A stretch of 64,000 bases of DNA from Chrysomallon squamiferum (taxonomy: Eukaryota; Animalia; Mollusca): positions 44,826,001-44,890,000 of the forward strand of contig CM022665.1 of NCBI GenBank assembly GCA_012295275.1. The letters are read 5' to 3'. Shown here piece after piece: positions 1 to 13,365 of this stretch; position 1 is the stretch's first letter; every line of letters begins with the position of its first letter. Under the pieces are notes generated by a model. It saw nothing but the letters and a program-made list of their open reading frames with translations, made no database searches and had not been told where the DNA came from. Position numbers and translations under genes: made by a program.

Positions 1-222
1 TCTTGTAAGATTTAACTTGGGTTGTTTTGGAAGATGACGTTTTAACAAAATTAACTCCAGGAAATCGTATTAAGGAAAATCGACTTGTTTTTTTTCCTCC
101 ATTTCTAACTTGATTTAACAAGTTAATATCTTTAAATGATCTTCAGTTTTTGTCAGATGATCTTTGGCAAACAAAGGCAATGTTCAAACGTGTCGGAAAA
201 GAAAACAGGGTTTTAAAAAAAA

Positions 223-253
<31 letters not shown>

Positions 254-825
254 TTGGCTGACAATGACACTTTTCAGATCTGTTGTACAAAAATAAAAAA
301 AAAAAAAACTGTAAAGGAATATAAAAAAAAAATAACAATTTTATATTTTGAAACATAAAATACTGTAATATTTGTTAAATATTGTGTACTAATGGCGCGT
401 TCACACCTTCATATTTTTAATTAACTCGATTTAATTAGCGAGTGAAATATTTTTGAGATCTACTCTCTGTCGTCTTATAATCAGAATTTCTGAAACGGGT
501 GACTAGTTTAGACTAGGGTGAATGGGAACTAGAGCGAGAGTATGACGAAAATTACTGAAAAACGTAAGCAAATTTTGACACCGGGTGAATGAAAGATTAG
601 TTCACGAAGCAGGGCCTTAAATTGTTTTTAGTGCTTTTTACATTTGGTTTCGAAATTTATACTTAATTAAAGTGTATATTTGATGATATGATAAAAAAAA
701 ATAACCTGAATACATTTCGATGTTTTTTTAAAGTCATTATCATATTTTGCACAAGACGCAAGCTTTTCTTAATAATAAAGTATTACAATTAAAAAAAACA
801 AAATCGTAAAAGCGAACGGAGGCGG

Positions 826-1047
826 AGATTTCGTGACGTCATTTCGTATTTAGAAATATATTTCACAAAGCTATAAAACAATACTTTAGTATTTGGCACA
901 TTTATTGATTTTACCATCTACGAAATGACGTCACAAAGATTTCGTGACGTCATTTCGCATTTAGAAATATATTTCACAAAGCTGTAAAACAATACTTTAG
1001 TATTTGGCACACTAACTGATTTTACCATCTACGAAATGACGTCACAA
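826..1047. repeat. Two tandem 111-bp units, each bounded by 16-bp inverted repeats containing TGACGTCA
   Basis: GTGACGTCATTTCGTA (833-848) pairs with TACGAAATGACGTCAC (919-934). The second unit spans 944-1045 and differs at only a few positions. Confidence 0.9.
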
Positions 1048-1188
1048 TTTTTTTTAAAAATGTCGTCACTTACGTTCGTCATATTTTATTTCATTACCGT
1101 ACTTTATTATTAGCAAAGCTTAAACGCCATTAGGGTTATTTACGCTTTTTAAAAAACAATCGAGTGTGAACGAACACAAAAGAGACAC

Positions 1189-1222
1189 ACGTAACGTAAC
1201 GTAACGTAACGTAACGTAACGT
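1189..1222. repeat. (ACGTA)n pentanucleotide microsatellite just 3' of exon 7
   Basis: gtaac repeated about 6 times. Confidence 0.9.
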
Positions 1223-1237
1223 GAATTATTTTCGTTT

Positions 1238-2127
1238 TTACGTTTGCTCGAAGCTGTCCGACGTCATCGTCCTCGACCCGATGTGGCAGCGGACCTCCTT
1301 CGACGTCGTGAACGCCCCACGCGTGTTCTTCTCCGGCGCCCAGATGATGATGTACACCTTGGGCAGGAACAGCAGCACCAGCGACACGGACGCGCTGAGC
1401 GAGATGGAGATGGACATCGTCAGCACTTTGCTCTCGCCGCCGAAGTAGATCGGGAAGAAGCCGAGCCAGATGATGCACGTCGTGTACATCGTGAAGCCGA
1501 TGAACTTCGCCTCGTTGAAGTTCTCCGGCAGGTTGCGCGTCTTCACGGCGTACAGCGTGCACATGAAGATGAGGAAGAGGTCGAAGCCCAGGGGAACGAT
1601 GACGCCCAGGGTCGTGGTGTTGCACACGAGCCGCACCCGCTTCGTCGTAGGGTAGTCGAACTTCCAGTCGGCGGGCTCGATAATCAACATGGCGGTGATG
1701 ACTGCGCACTCCACGCCGATGATGATCCCCGTTATGACGACCTGGGCAGAGGCGCTCATGAACCGCGGCTTCTTCGTCATTATCCGCTTGCTGCCTTCGA
1801 GAATGCGAGCGATCCGATTGGTTCGCGTCACCAGCGCTCCGTACATGAGCGAAAACGAGAGTCCGGGCAGGATCCTGGACAGGTAGCACGTCACAATGGA
1901 AGGCCTGGCGACCATGACGAAGTTGCAGCTGTACGCGGTGCTGATCCCGAACAGAATGATGTAGCTGAGCTCCCTGGTGGAGGCTTTCACCACCGGCGTG
2001 TCGTTGTGGCGGACGAATATGACGAGGATCCAGAACGTGAAGAACATGCCCACGCAGGCCACTGTCATCGCGACGATAGCTTCCGTGCTGTCCCAGGTTA
2101 TGGACTCAACCGGGATCCTTTCACAAC
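1238..2127 (-). CDS. GRM5: mGluR coding exon 7 (7TM domain and proximal C-tail); ends at stop 1240-1238 or at donor 1242/1241
   Basis: Acceptor ttcgctgcag|GT TGT GAA. Motifs DTPVVKASTRELSY, TNRIARI, KTRNLPENFNEAKFIGFTMYTTCIIW, PKVYII and FTTS, with seven hydrophobic segments (ORF 1238..2290). Confidence 0.96.
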
Positions 2128-2539
2128 CTGCAGCGAAAGAAAGAGAGATAGATATGTATATATATATATATATACCCAAGAATGAATGAATGGATTGAAT
2201 GAAAGAACGGACGAATGAATTAAAGGAATGAATGAATGAATTTTTTTTTGTGGAAAAGAATAGATGAATGAAATATTTGTTTAAAATCACGTTAACATGT
2301 TATTATTATCATTGTTTTGTTATTGTTGTTGTTATTAATATTATTATTATATTATTAACTTTAACGTTTATTCAGTAACCACACACACACACACACACAG
2401 ATGTGTATATACATATGTGTGTGAGTGTGTGTATATATATGTGTGTGTGTATGTATGTGTGTAGATATGTGTGTATGTATACATACACACAACCATGTTT
2501 ATTATGCCACAACCATGTTTAGTTATAACCTACTTTTCC

Positions 2540-2690
2540 ATATCCAGGACAGCACACACGATGACGTTTGATAATCCAGTCACGGGTCATAATTGGAAAT
2601 GGGAAATTAGCCCAATAAGGTATCGAAAGGGGATTGATCCACCTATGTATCATGCCTCAGGCAAAGACTCTCGATACTGAGCTGTAGTTT
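2540..2690 (-). mobile_element. Degenerate tRNA-derived SINE fragment
   Basis: Minus strand has A-box-like TACAGCTCAGTA (2686-2675) and B-box-like GGATCAATCCCC (2640-2629), followed by a tgggctaatttcccatt...gactggattatcaaa core. A related copy lies near 23810-23950. Confidence 0.55.
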
Positions 2691-3034
2691 ATCCCTACTA
2701 GCAGAAATGAGTCAAACTGAGATTGAAAAACAGAGACGTGTGTAAGCAAATCCGAGAAAATTTCACAGCTAATTACGGGATCTAAGGAATTTGATGCAGG
2801 ATGGAATGGGATAGTTAGGTAAGAGCCGGGAGGGAATTAACAAGAGGTTCTGCCAGTACCAGTTCTTTTGCCTTGGAAACAGAAAATTAGACACGAGGTT
2901 TACTGTTTGATAAGTGTAGGTCTCTGTCAGTTTAGACAAACCTAAATGATTTCGTTAGTTTGAACTGAAATGTATGGATTACATAAATATCGGTGACCGT
3001 TTAGAAAAAAAAAATAATAATAATAAAAAAAAAA

Positions 3035-3069
<35 letters not shown>

Positions 3070-3352
3070 AAAGTTAAAAAACTATCTTACCTTTCCATGT
3101 TGAAAAAGCAATTACCTGGTGACTTAAAAAACATTAAAAATAAATACTTCTGTATTTTATATTTATTGAGATATTTACACTGCATCATAAAATAGTAATA
3201 GATTTTTTTTTTTTTTTTTTATAATAATAATAACTAAGAATAGTAATTGATAACAGAAATAACGTAGATGGAGAATTCAGCATCCCGCAGTAGAAAATCT
3301 ACCCCCCGTTACAATAGTGTTATTACGTAATAACCGTTATGACGTCACTTAC

Positions 3353-3473
3353 TTTCTAGCTCTGGACTGGGCCAGTAACCTAGGTGACATGCCTGACACG
3401 TGGTCTTGTTGACAACGATGGCGTTTTCTTTACACGGCGTGCACACCCAGCAACAGACAACTCCCTTCACTTG
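3353..3473 (-). CDS. GRM5: mGluR coding exon 6 (121 nt; QVKGVVCCWVCTPCKENAIVVNKTTCQACHLGYWPSPELE); not in the ORF track
   Basis: Translated by hand. Shows the nine-cysteine-domain pattern CCWxCxxC...CxxCxxGxWP. Acceptor ttttattcacag|CAA; donor GAA A|GTAAGT; phases fit both neighbouring exons. Confidence 0.94.
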
Positions 3474-4028
3474 CTGTGAAATAAACCAGAATAACAGTTC
3501 ATGATATCGTTAACGATGTTGTATTTGCTGTAGTCGTCGTCGTCGTCATTACTGTTACTGTTATTATTATCGTTACTACTGCTGCTATAACAGCAACAAC
3601 AACTGTTACTACTTTTGCGAGTAACTACTACAACTATTACTTCCCAAAATAATTACTTCTATAACTATTACTACCACTATTATTGCTAGTATTATTAGTA
3701 CAACTGTTGTTATCACTATTACTGTTATTACTACTGCAACTGTTATTTCCCGAAATAATTACTTCTATAACTATTACTACCACTGTTATTGCTAGTATTA
3801 TTAGTACTACTATTGTTATCACTATTACTATTATTACTACTACAACGACTACTACTACTACCACTGTTAATACTATAACTAATGCTGATACTGCTGCCTT
3901 CAATATTAATACTAATAAAATTACAACTACCACTGTTATTATTGAAGTTGTTCCTGTTGTTGTTGCTTATTTATTTATTTATTTATTTGTTTTTATTTGT
4001 TTGTGAAAGGTAACAGGACAGCACGTAC

Positions 4029-4212
4029 CTTGACATGTCCCTTCGGACACGGCTTGCTGCATATGGACTCCGGTCTTCCGTTTTCTTTCGGCCATTTTAT
4101 GAAACTCGAGTTCACTTCTAGAGCTCCCATCTTCCACGTACCCACTGTGACGTAACGATACGTCACGTTGCCACTGGCATCGCCCACGCGTTGGAAGTTG
4201 AGGATTTCGTAT
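4029..4212 (-). CDS. GRM5: mGluR coding exon 5 (184 nt; YEILNFQ...YVTVGTW...SICSKPCPKGHVK)
   Basis: Acceptor ctccatag|A TAC GAA; donor AAG|GTACGT; encodes the start of the Cys-rich domain (S-x-C-S-x-P-C). Confidence 0.94.
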
Positions 4213-4589
4213 CTATGGAGATAAAAACAAAAACGAAAACGTCACACAAACTGTAATATTGTGTAATATTTAGCACAATGTAATAATATTTGATACATTT
4301 GAGGACAGATCAGTGCATTTCATTATTACGTAATAGTGTCAGCGTATGACGAAACAAAACGCTTGTTTAATAAATGTGATTGTTTGTTTTGTTTGACTGA
4401 CACCATACTTTAGTAATAATAAAGTTTACAATATGGGAGCTTCCATTCATATGTGTGTGTGCATGAACTGTTGTATAGTTATCATTACCGTCATCATTAT
4501 CATCATCATCATCATCATCAGAGAAACAAATAAATCATATTTTTTTTCATACGATTATAATTTATTTAATAATTTTATTACTAATAATG

Positions 4590-4899
4590 ACACCTGAATG
4601 CTTATACATCAACAAGGTTTCTTTTTTAATGTATCTTTCAGCTTTGATATGTTTAAAATGCATGTTCAAACCTCAGTCGGCATCTTTTATTTTATTTTCA
4701 AACCAGGGTGTCATGGGGAATTCAACATGTTATTTATTTATGTTATTTTTATTTCGATTGATTCTGTCTAAAGATGCATTGAAAGTGATGGAAATCATGT
4801 TGAAAACATTATGTATTAACATTAGAATTAAATAAAACTATTTTATTTTAAAAGTATGTGTTAATCCCTTATGTACCCAGACTTTGTGGACACCCTGTA
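4590..4899. mobile_element. Probable Tc1/mariner-type MITE fragment or end
   Basis: Ends in gtacccagactttgtggacaccctgta (TACAGGGTGTCCAC on the minus strand), the same TA-CAGGGTGTCC terminus as at 23095. The left boundary is a guess. Confidence 0.45.
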
Positions 4900-4965
4900 T
4901 ATTAGGAATCGGAGACAACCGTTCTGAGTATTTCAAAATTACGTTTTATTTACAAAATCAATTAC

Positions 4966-5209
4966 CTGCCAGGTGGATCACCATTTTCGTCGAAGTGGAC
5001 ACTGTCGCCGCTGTAGCTCTTAAAGCTGACGTTGAGCAGATACTGCAGGTACAACGTCCCGTTTATGGGCGCCATCTCCGGACACAGTCCAGTGTTGTTG
5101 GGGCAGAGGTCTAGCTGCATGTTGTGCAGCGCATGCGCCATCGTGTAGACAGCGTTCCGGACAAAGCCGAGCTTGGAGTCCTGTGCCGGGTGGGCGAGCG
5201 ATTCGTTTC
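4966..5209 (-). CDS. GRM5: mGluR coding exon 4 (244 nt; NESL...QDSKLGFVRNAVYTMAHALHNM...FDENGDPPGR)
   Basis: Acceptor atttcag|GA AAC; donor GGC AG|GTAATT; lies within ORF 4962..5240. Confidence 0.95.
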
Positions 5210-5238
5210 CTGAAATCAGTGATGATGATAATAATAAC

Positions 5239-5296
<58 letters not shown>

Positions 5297-8085
5297 GTTA
5301 AATAATAATAATAATTAGTAAGTATTAATAATAGAATTAGTAATAACAATAACAATAATAATAATAACAATAACACAAGAAGTAATAATAATAATAAACA
5401 ACAATAACAACAATAACAATAATAATAATAATAATAACAACAATTATAATCATCATCATTATTATTATTATATATAAATAATAATAGTGGTAGTAGTAAT
5501 AAACACACACCACCACACACACACCACCACAACAACACACACACATAATAACACATAATAATAAACAACACAACAACTCAAACACAACAAAAGACAAAAA
5601 CAATAATAATAACAATAATTACATTATTTTCATTTTTAACTGTCATCATCATCATCATTATATTATTTATAGATATCTATATAAAATAATTAATAAAAAA
5701 CAAATTATAAAGAAAAAAAAGCAATTTATTTTAATTATTATTATTTTATTATTAATTAATTTTATTTTTATTAATTTTACTCTTTTTGCTGATCCTGGAA
5801 ACATTTTTTATTTTTTTTTTTTTTTTTTTTTTATTTATTTATTTTTTTTTTTTCCACAGGCTTGAACTGTTATTGAAAAAAATCTTGAAAATAATAAGAA
5901 TAAAATCTAGATATTAAAAACATGCAACAAATCTCTTTGTTTGGAGACAGTGTCGAGACAACGGATCAGATGAAATCAAGAAATATTTCATTTTACTGGC
6001 AAAACAACAATTTTATTTGAAAAATAAATAAAAAAAAAAAGAATCAGTAAACAAAAAAGTCAGTGACTTATTTAACTTTTGGGTCAAAAACAGATTTAGT
6101 TCGATTTTTTTTTGATTTTTTTCTTTTCCACGTTTTTAATTTTTAATTTTTTAACGTTGTGTATTTATGTGTATGCATATATGTGTGTATGTGTTTGTGT
6201 GTGTATATGTGTGTATGTGTATGTGTATGCATATATGTGTGTTTGTGTATATGTGTGTATGTGTTTGTGTGAATGTGTGTGTATAAATGTTATGTGTGTT
6301 TGTGTATGCGTATATGTGTGTATGGGTATGTGTGTGTGTGTGTGTATTACTACTACAACTACCATTACTGCTGCTACTGCCACTACTACTACTACTACTG
6401 CTAATAATAATAATAATAATGTACTATCATTACTACTACAGGTACAACTGCAACAACTACTTTCATATTATTTTCACAACTATAACTACTTCTACTACTA
6501 TAATAATAACTACTGCTACCATTTTTACGTCCATTATTACTACCAAACCGATTACTAATAATACTACCACTACTGTAAGTACTATTACGACTGTTACAAA
6601 AAACACCACCACCTACAACTACTACGATTATTACTACTTCGTTTGCCACTACTTTTTAAAAATAGTTGTGATTGTTGTTGTTGTGATAATCATGGCAGTG
6701 TTAATCTGATGAATTTGTTTTCATTGAGGAAACGAACTATTACGAATTCGCAGTACCTGCGACCTTTGACCTCGGAAAGAATCCACCAAGCGGACGAAAT
6801 TAGTGACCGAGGCAATCTGACCAGCCACTTGTCATCGCATTAAACGTCTGATTCGACTAAACCACTGACAAACGGAGAGGCGTCAAAGCGGCTACAACAC
6901 CGTCGACGTTAATGTATTTTATACACATCATCGTGCACGCAGCATCGATTTTTAAAAAAAAAAATTTCTATACAGCTTCGTTACGTCTTCATTTTCTGCC
7001 TTCGCGTTTTTTTCTTCTGTTTGTTTATTTGTTTGTAAGTTGTTTTTTTTTTTTTAAATCTTCTTTTTTTTTTTTTTGTCTCTTCTTTTTCTCACTTGGC
7101 GGTGTTTCTGTTGACCGGGTGAAAATCAGAGACTTGTAGGTGGCGTTGTACGTACTGAAGTCGCTTCCCAGGTTTCTTTCGTCTCGCGCTAAGTGACTCA
7201 AAACACCGCTTCTCCGGGAAACTGATGGATAGAGAGGTCTTCTAATAAGGGCCATTAATTTCTCGTTTAAGCCGGTTAAGACCGGTGTAATTCAACTCAC
7301 TGCTGCAGATGAATGTTCCTGTTCTTTTACACGACCGTTGTGTTCATATTGGTCAATGTCACTATCTGGATATTTTTGTTTTATTTTTTGTTGTGTTTTT
7401 TTTTTCCTTCCTTAAAAAGCAAGATGCAACCATCGTGTTCATATTGGTCAATATCACTATCTGGTTTTTGTTGTTGTTATAGTGAAACATTATTTCTGTG
7501 TTTGTCGGTTCCAAAATATTATTTCTGTGTCTGTACAGTAACATCGTTTTCTTTTTAACTCAGTCGTTGTGAAGTACTTGTTTTTGTTTATGTTCATTTT
7601 GTAATAAATGTTTGTAGTATATGTGAATATTGTTCTTAAAAAAAAAAAATTTAAATTAATTTTGTACTGTTTTGTAATAAAAGTATGTGTTTATGTGTAC
7701 ACATACATACATATGTACATCATACATAATACATACATACATACATACATATACATACATACATACACATACATACACACATACATACATACATACATAC
7801 ATACATACATACATACATACATACATACATACATACATACACACACACATACACACATACATACATACATACATACGGACACATACATGGATTGATATAG
7901 TAAATGAGATATATGAATACATACATACGGATATACATACACATCACATACATACATATATACATACTCTCTATCTACATCTCTCATACATCATCTCTCT
8001 CTCTCTCTTACATCTCATACTCCGTCCCTCCCTCCGTTACATGGAATGATATAGTAAATGAGATATATGAATAAGTATGGATATC

Positions 8086-8171
<86 letters not shown>

Positions 8172-8490
8172 CTGTGTATACACACATATATACAAATATG
8201 TCTTGATTTATATATATAACATACATTATAACAACTGGGTATAAGAACGTACACAAAATAAAGCAAGCGCACACACAGCAGCCGAATGACGGAAAGCCTA
8301 CAAGAAAAACTACACACACACTTTACACGGATAGCTCTAATTACGGGTCAGATGAACATATCACTCACGGCTCGGTAATACGATTGCGGAGCGCAGATGA
8401 GAAAGGCGGGATTTCGATTCTCGGAAGATGGCGAAACTCAATTTCTTCAAACTGTCTGTTTAATTGGCGCTGGTAACGGTCGGTTTGCGT

Positions 8491-8504
8491 GTAACCTAGG
8501 CAAC
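8491..8504. promoter_or_regulatory. RFX X-box-like palindrome GTAACCTAGGCAAC in an intronic GC-richer island
   Basis: Matches the established RFX consensus GTNRCC-N(0-3)-RGYAAC. Function is not shown. Confidence 0.45.
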
Positions 8505-8710
8505 TTGCTGTGGCGGCTGCGCAAATTCACTTAGAGCAGTTCGCACGACTCTGCCGGCCGAAACAGCCACGCAGGGTCACAAAAAAAAAAAAAACACCGG
8601 GAAGGACAGAAAGGGACGTGGACCGACGCGGACTGTTTCCATTGACAACGTGATGTAACTTGTCGATTAAAGCTGACAATTGAGGGAAAATGGAGGAAAT
8701 TATACAGATC

Positions 8711-8746
<36 letters not shown>

Positions 8747-8951
8747 CTTTTTCTTTTATGGCTTGTTTTGTGCAAAGATGTTCATCAGTTTGTAAGAAAA
8801 GAAGAGAAGATTATGATAGTTTTTATTTAAAATTTCTTTAATTTTTATTTATAACTTTACATGTGTTTGTATAAATATGAATATGTGAATGTGTATTATT
8901 CAATATGTATGTCTGTATGAATGTATCTATATGTGTGTGTATTAATGTATG

Positions 8952-8994
<43 letters not shown>

Positions 8995-9195
8995 GTATGT
9001 ATGTATGTATGTATACTATGTTAATATGGGCTTTTCTGTGTCTATATGTATATATAAAACATACAAAATTAAAACCTTATTTAAACACTCATTTCAAACC
9101 TTTATAAGTAAATGGACACTGAATTCATCCTATTATTATTCCAAAAATGCTTTTTTTTTAAAGATAAATGTATTTTTAAATTACTACTGTAATTT

Positions 9196-9238
<43 letters not shown>

Positions 9239-9280
9239 TTTTTTTAAATTAATCATCATCATTCTTATTCTTATTTTTTC

Positions 9281-9313
<33 letters not shown>

Positions 9314-9943
9314 GGGTGTGAACGGTCTTTACCGAATCAGTCCGACATTGCCGAGGTTAATGAAATCAATAAAGAGTTAAACGTATTGCCATGGCGATCA
9401 CGGTCAACGTGTCTCCCCGGAAACGTCACACGAAATGAATACACTAGATTTATCATCACACACGGAATATGTCGAGTGAATTCATCACGCTTTGGAGATT
9501 TCTATCTAATTTTTTATTTTTTTTATTTATTTATTTTATTATTATTTTTTTTATTATTATTATTTTTTTTTTGTATTTAGATTTGTTTTATAATTTTATT
9601 TATTTATTTATTTATTATTTTTTTATTATTATTATTTTTTTGTATTTGTATTTATATTTGTTTTATAATTTTTATTATTTATTATTTATTTATTTATTTT
9701 ATTTTATTTCTATTTAGATTTATTTTATAAATTTATTTATAAAGTTTGAAAGAGCGAGAGAGAGAATGAGGGAAAATAGAGAGAGTAAGGGATGAATGGA
9801 AATAGATAAATAAATCGATGGACAGGCATCAGATAGATAGCTAAATAGACAGATATAAATAGATAGCTAGATATAGGTAAATAGATAAATGGATAGATCG
9901 ATAAATAGATAGATTATAAATAAACAGACAGACAGGCAGACAG

Positions 9944-9985
<42 letters not shown>

Positions 9986-10404
9986 TGGCTGTTGACAAGA
10001 ATATACTCAACGAAAAAAGAAATGTGCCTGGTCATATGTGGTTTGTTTTTAATTTTAATTTGTTTTAATTACATGAGGTTTAGAATAATTATGAAGTTCT
10101 TTAACGAAGGACTGGAAATTTGTTTTCAATACATACAGAAATAGTGAATGAATGAATGAATGAATGAATGAATGAATATTAAGTTATTATTTTGTAATGG
10201 TTATAGTGTGGTGGTGAGATGGTTGAAGACAGATGTGTTAATTTTGACAGTGTCAGCAGCAGTATAATCTGTTGTTGTCGTAGTGGTAGCAATAATACTG
10301 CTAATAGTAGCCGTGGTGGTAGTTGCGATAGTCATAGTAGTTGTAACAGTAGCAGTAATAGCAGCAGCAGCAGTAGTAGCAGTAATAATATTTGTGTTAG
10401 TAAC

Positions 10405-10435
<31 letters not shown>

Positions 10436-12910
10436 ATAATAGTAGAAGTAATTAGTAGTAGTAGCAGTCGCAGTAGTAGTAACAGTAGTGGTAGTAGTAG
10501 TAGTAGTAGTAACAGTAGTTAGTAGTGGTTGTAGTAGTAGTAGTAATAATACTTAGTAACAGTAGTAGTAGTATTAATAATAGTAGAAGTAGTATTAGTA
10601 GTAGTAATAATATAAATAATCGTAGCAAACTTAGACATTTAGTTTCCTATCAAAATATAGATTGCTTAAATAAAATTAAATATCTAATATGGCACATTGT
10701 TTTAAGCCAGCTAAAAACAAGGATCTATACGGCGCCGAAGGGCGAGATTGTAAATTTGTCCAGCGCAAATATTGTATTTCGTCATATTTGCCCAGCATTT
10801 AACGGTGATCCAGCCGTCCTGTCTGTTGTCTCTACGTTTTGCACGTCAATCTCGACGGGGGTAAAGTTTGAATTTGTTTTCATTATTATTATTATTTACC
10901 AAAGAGACATCAGAAGGACGCACGGACGGACGCTAAGGTCCGTTGTGTTTCTGAATCGCGAGAGTGACGTCATCGATTCTGTTTATTATTTGACCAATGG
11001 CTCGCTTCGCCTTCTGTGTCAGCTGGAATCATAAACGCTCGGGACCGCGTTTTCGTTGTCAGTAAGGATTCAAAGGTTTGGGTGTTAATACGTGCGGTAA
11101 TGTTCTGGGAGTTCGGTTTTTGAGACAATGATGACATAGAACGATGACGATGACGATGACGATGATGGTGACTGTATTATTTTCATGAACTTTATAGGTT
11201 TACAGTACAGAGAAGAGTGGGTTACAGATAGATGTGTAATAATATAATAATTAAAATTTAAAATTAAAATGCACGTGCGTGGAAGTTTAAAGCGGATGAC
11301 GTACTCTGTCGCATATAGTGTTATTAATAAACGTAGCTTTTTTTTATATAAATATATTATAAGTTATATTTGGTGGGATCATGTGTCTGTCTGTGCGTGT
11401 GTGTGTTTGTATTTCTGTGTATATGTCTGCGTGTGTGCATGTGTTTTGATGTGCGTGTTCGTGTATGTTTGAGTATGTATGTTTGCATGAGTGTGCTTGT
11501 GTGTGTGTGTGTGTGTGTGTGTGTTTGTATTTGTGAGTGTCTGTCTGTGTGTGCGTGTGTGTTTGTATTTGTGTGTGTAAGTGTGTGCGTGTGCGTCTGC
11601 GCGTGTGTGTTCGGGTGTTTGTGTGTGTATGTATCTATGTATGTGTGTATGATTGCTTGTGTGTTAATGTGTACATACCTTCGTGTGTCTGTTTTTCGTA
11701 GATAACGCGCTACATATGATACACACAGAAGACTTCATAACAAAACTATACTCCCTTTTCTTTGAAACATTGAAATGGAATGAATGGCAACACTGAAAAT
11801 ACAGGGATGCAGTACCCGTTTTCACTAACTAGAATTTAGAGATTTGCGTTATGTTATAATTCTGTGTGTTAATAATGTTAATTTTGTATTGCACAGTTTA
11901 CAAAATTATTAAAATTATTATTCTGTTCATTTGTGTGACGTAAGCTTACTTAACTTTAACACGTATTGTTAGTCGACACATTTTTATCAATGCAAGCAAT
12001 TACTGCAATTAGCTGCTCAAAAGCCGCTGAATTTGTGTATTTTATTACAATTATGCAATGATGCAGATCAGTAATCAAGAAACTTTGTATTTTTCCGTTC
12101 AGGATCTCAACAACAGCCAACCTGTAACAACAGTATCATGATGATACACGCTCGATATATACGATATTAACGTTCAAAACATAATACTTTAACATCAAAC
12201 GACAGTAAATGAAGAAACAAAAACATTCTATAATTTTAATTTACTTAATTTATAACTAATAAAATGTTGGGTTTTCGTGTAATTTATATTATTGTTTTGT
12301 GTTGCGTTTCTTTTTATTTCTTATTTTTTTATTATTATTATTATTATTTTTAATCGTAGAAATTATTTTCATAATTACGTCGTTCGTCATTCTTAGCTAA
12401 TAAATATTAAAAATATTTAAATATACCCTCCAACCCCCGACCCTCCCCGAAATAAATTAATATTGTTAATAATAATAATAATAATAATATCACTAATAAT
12501 AATAATAATAACAACAATAATATTGATGTTAACGACGATGATAATGAGAATAATGATGATGATGATGATGATAATGTTGTTAATGATAATAATTATAATC
12601 ACAGTGATTAGTGATGATAATGAGAAGAAGAAGAAGGAAATAGAATGAATGAATGGACAATTGCTTCACTTAAAACAAACAGAAGACAGAAGAACAACGA
12701 TACAGAAGAATTACAATAAGAACGACTACGTCATCAACAACGTCATCATCACAATACTGTTATCAGTATGATGTGTATAAAACAAAAGAGGAGAAACCAG
12801 TCATGTTATTATGTTATTTATACCCAGATTTTTACTACATATCATTATTATTTGAAAAGAAAATTTCTGAGATGATTTACTTAGCGTATTTATAATTGGA
12901 AAATTAATTC

Positions 12911-12972
<62 letters not shown>

Positions 12973-13327
12973 GATGATGATGATTATAATGATAAAATAA
13001 TAACAATAATTATAATGACGACGATGATGATGTCTTACTATGATAATGATGTAATAAAAGGAAAATATTACTTTAGATAAGGAACCAAAATTTTAATTTT
13101 GACATAATCAAAACCTTCCGAGGATTCTGTTTTATTTTATACAATTAGCCCAAAGAAATGCTTTATATCGAAAAAAAAAAAAAAAAAAAAAAAAAAGAAG
13201 ATAACGATAAGATGCTGCACAATACTGAGTGGAATGGGAAAAAAAAACAAAAAAAAAAAACAGTATTTTATAACAAGTTCGACAGGAAGATTAATTCTCC
13301 CACGACGCTGGTATTCTAACCACTGAA

Positions 13328-13365
<38 letters not shown>

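Noticed and set aside
1244-2185. 313-aa plus-strand ORF and 246-aa alternative-frame ORF (1149..1889) over exon 7
   Set aside because: Shadow ORFs caused by high GC3 in the true minus-strand frame. They are Arg/His/Gly-rich, have no recognisable domain and end at the exon edges.
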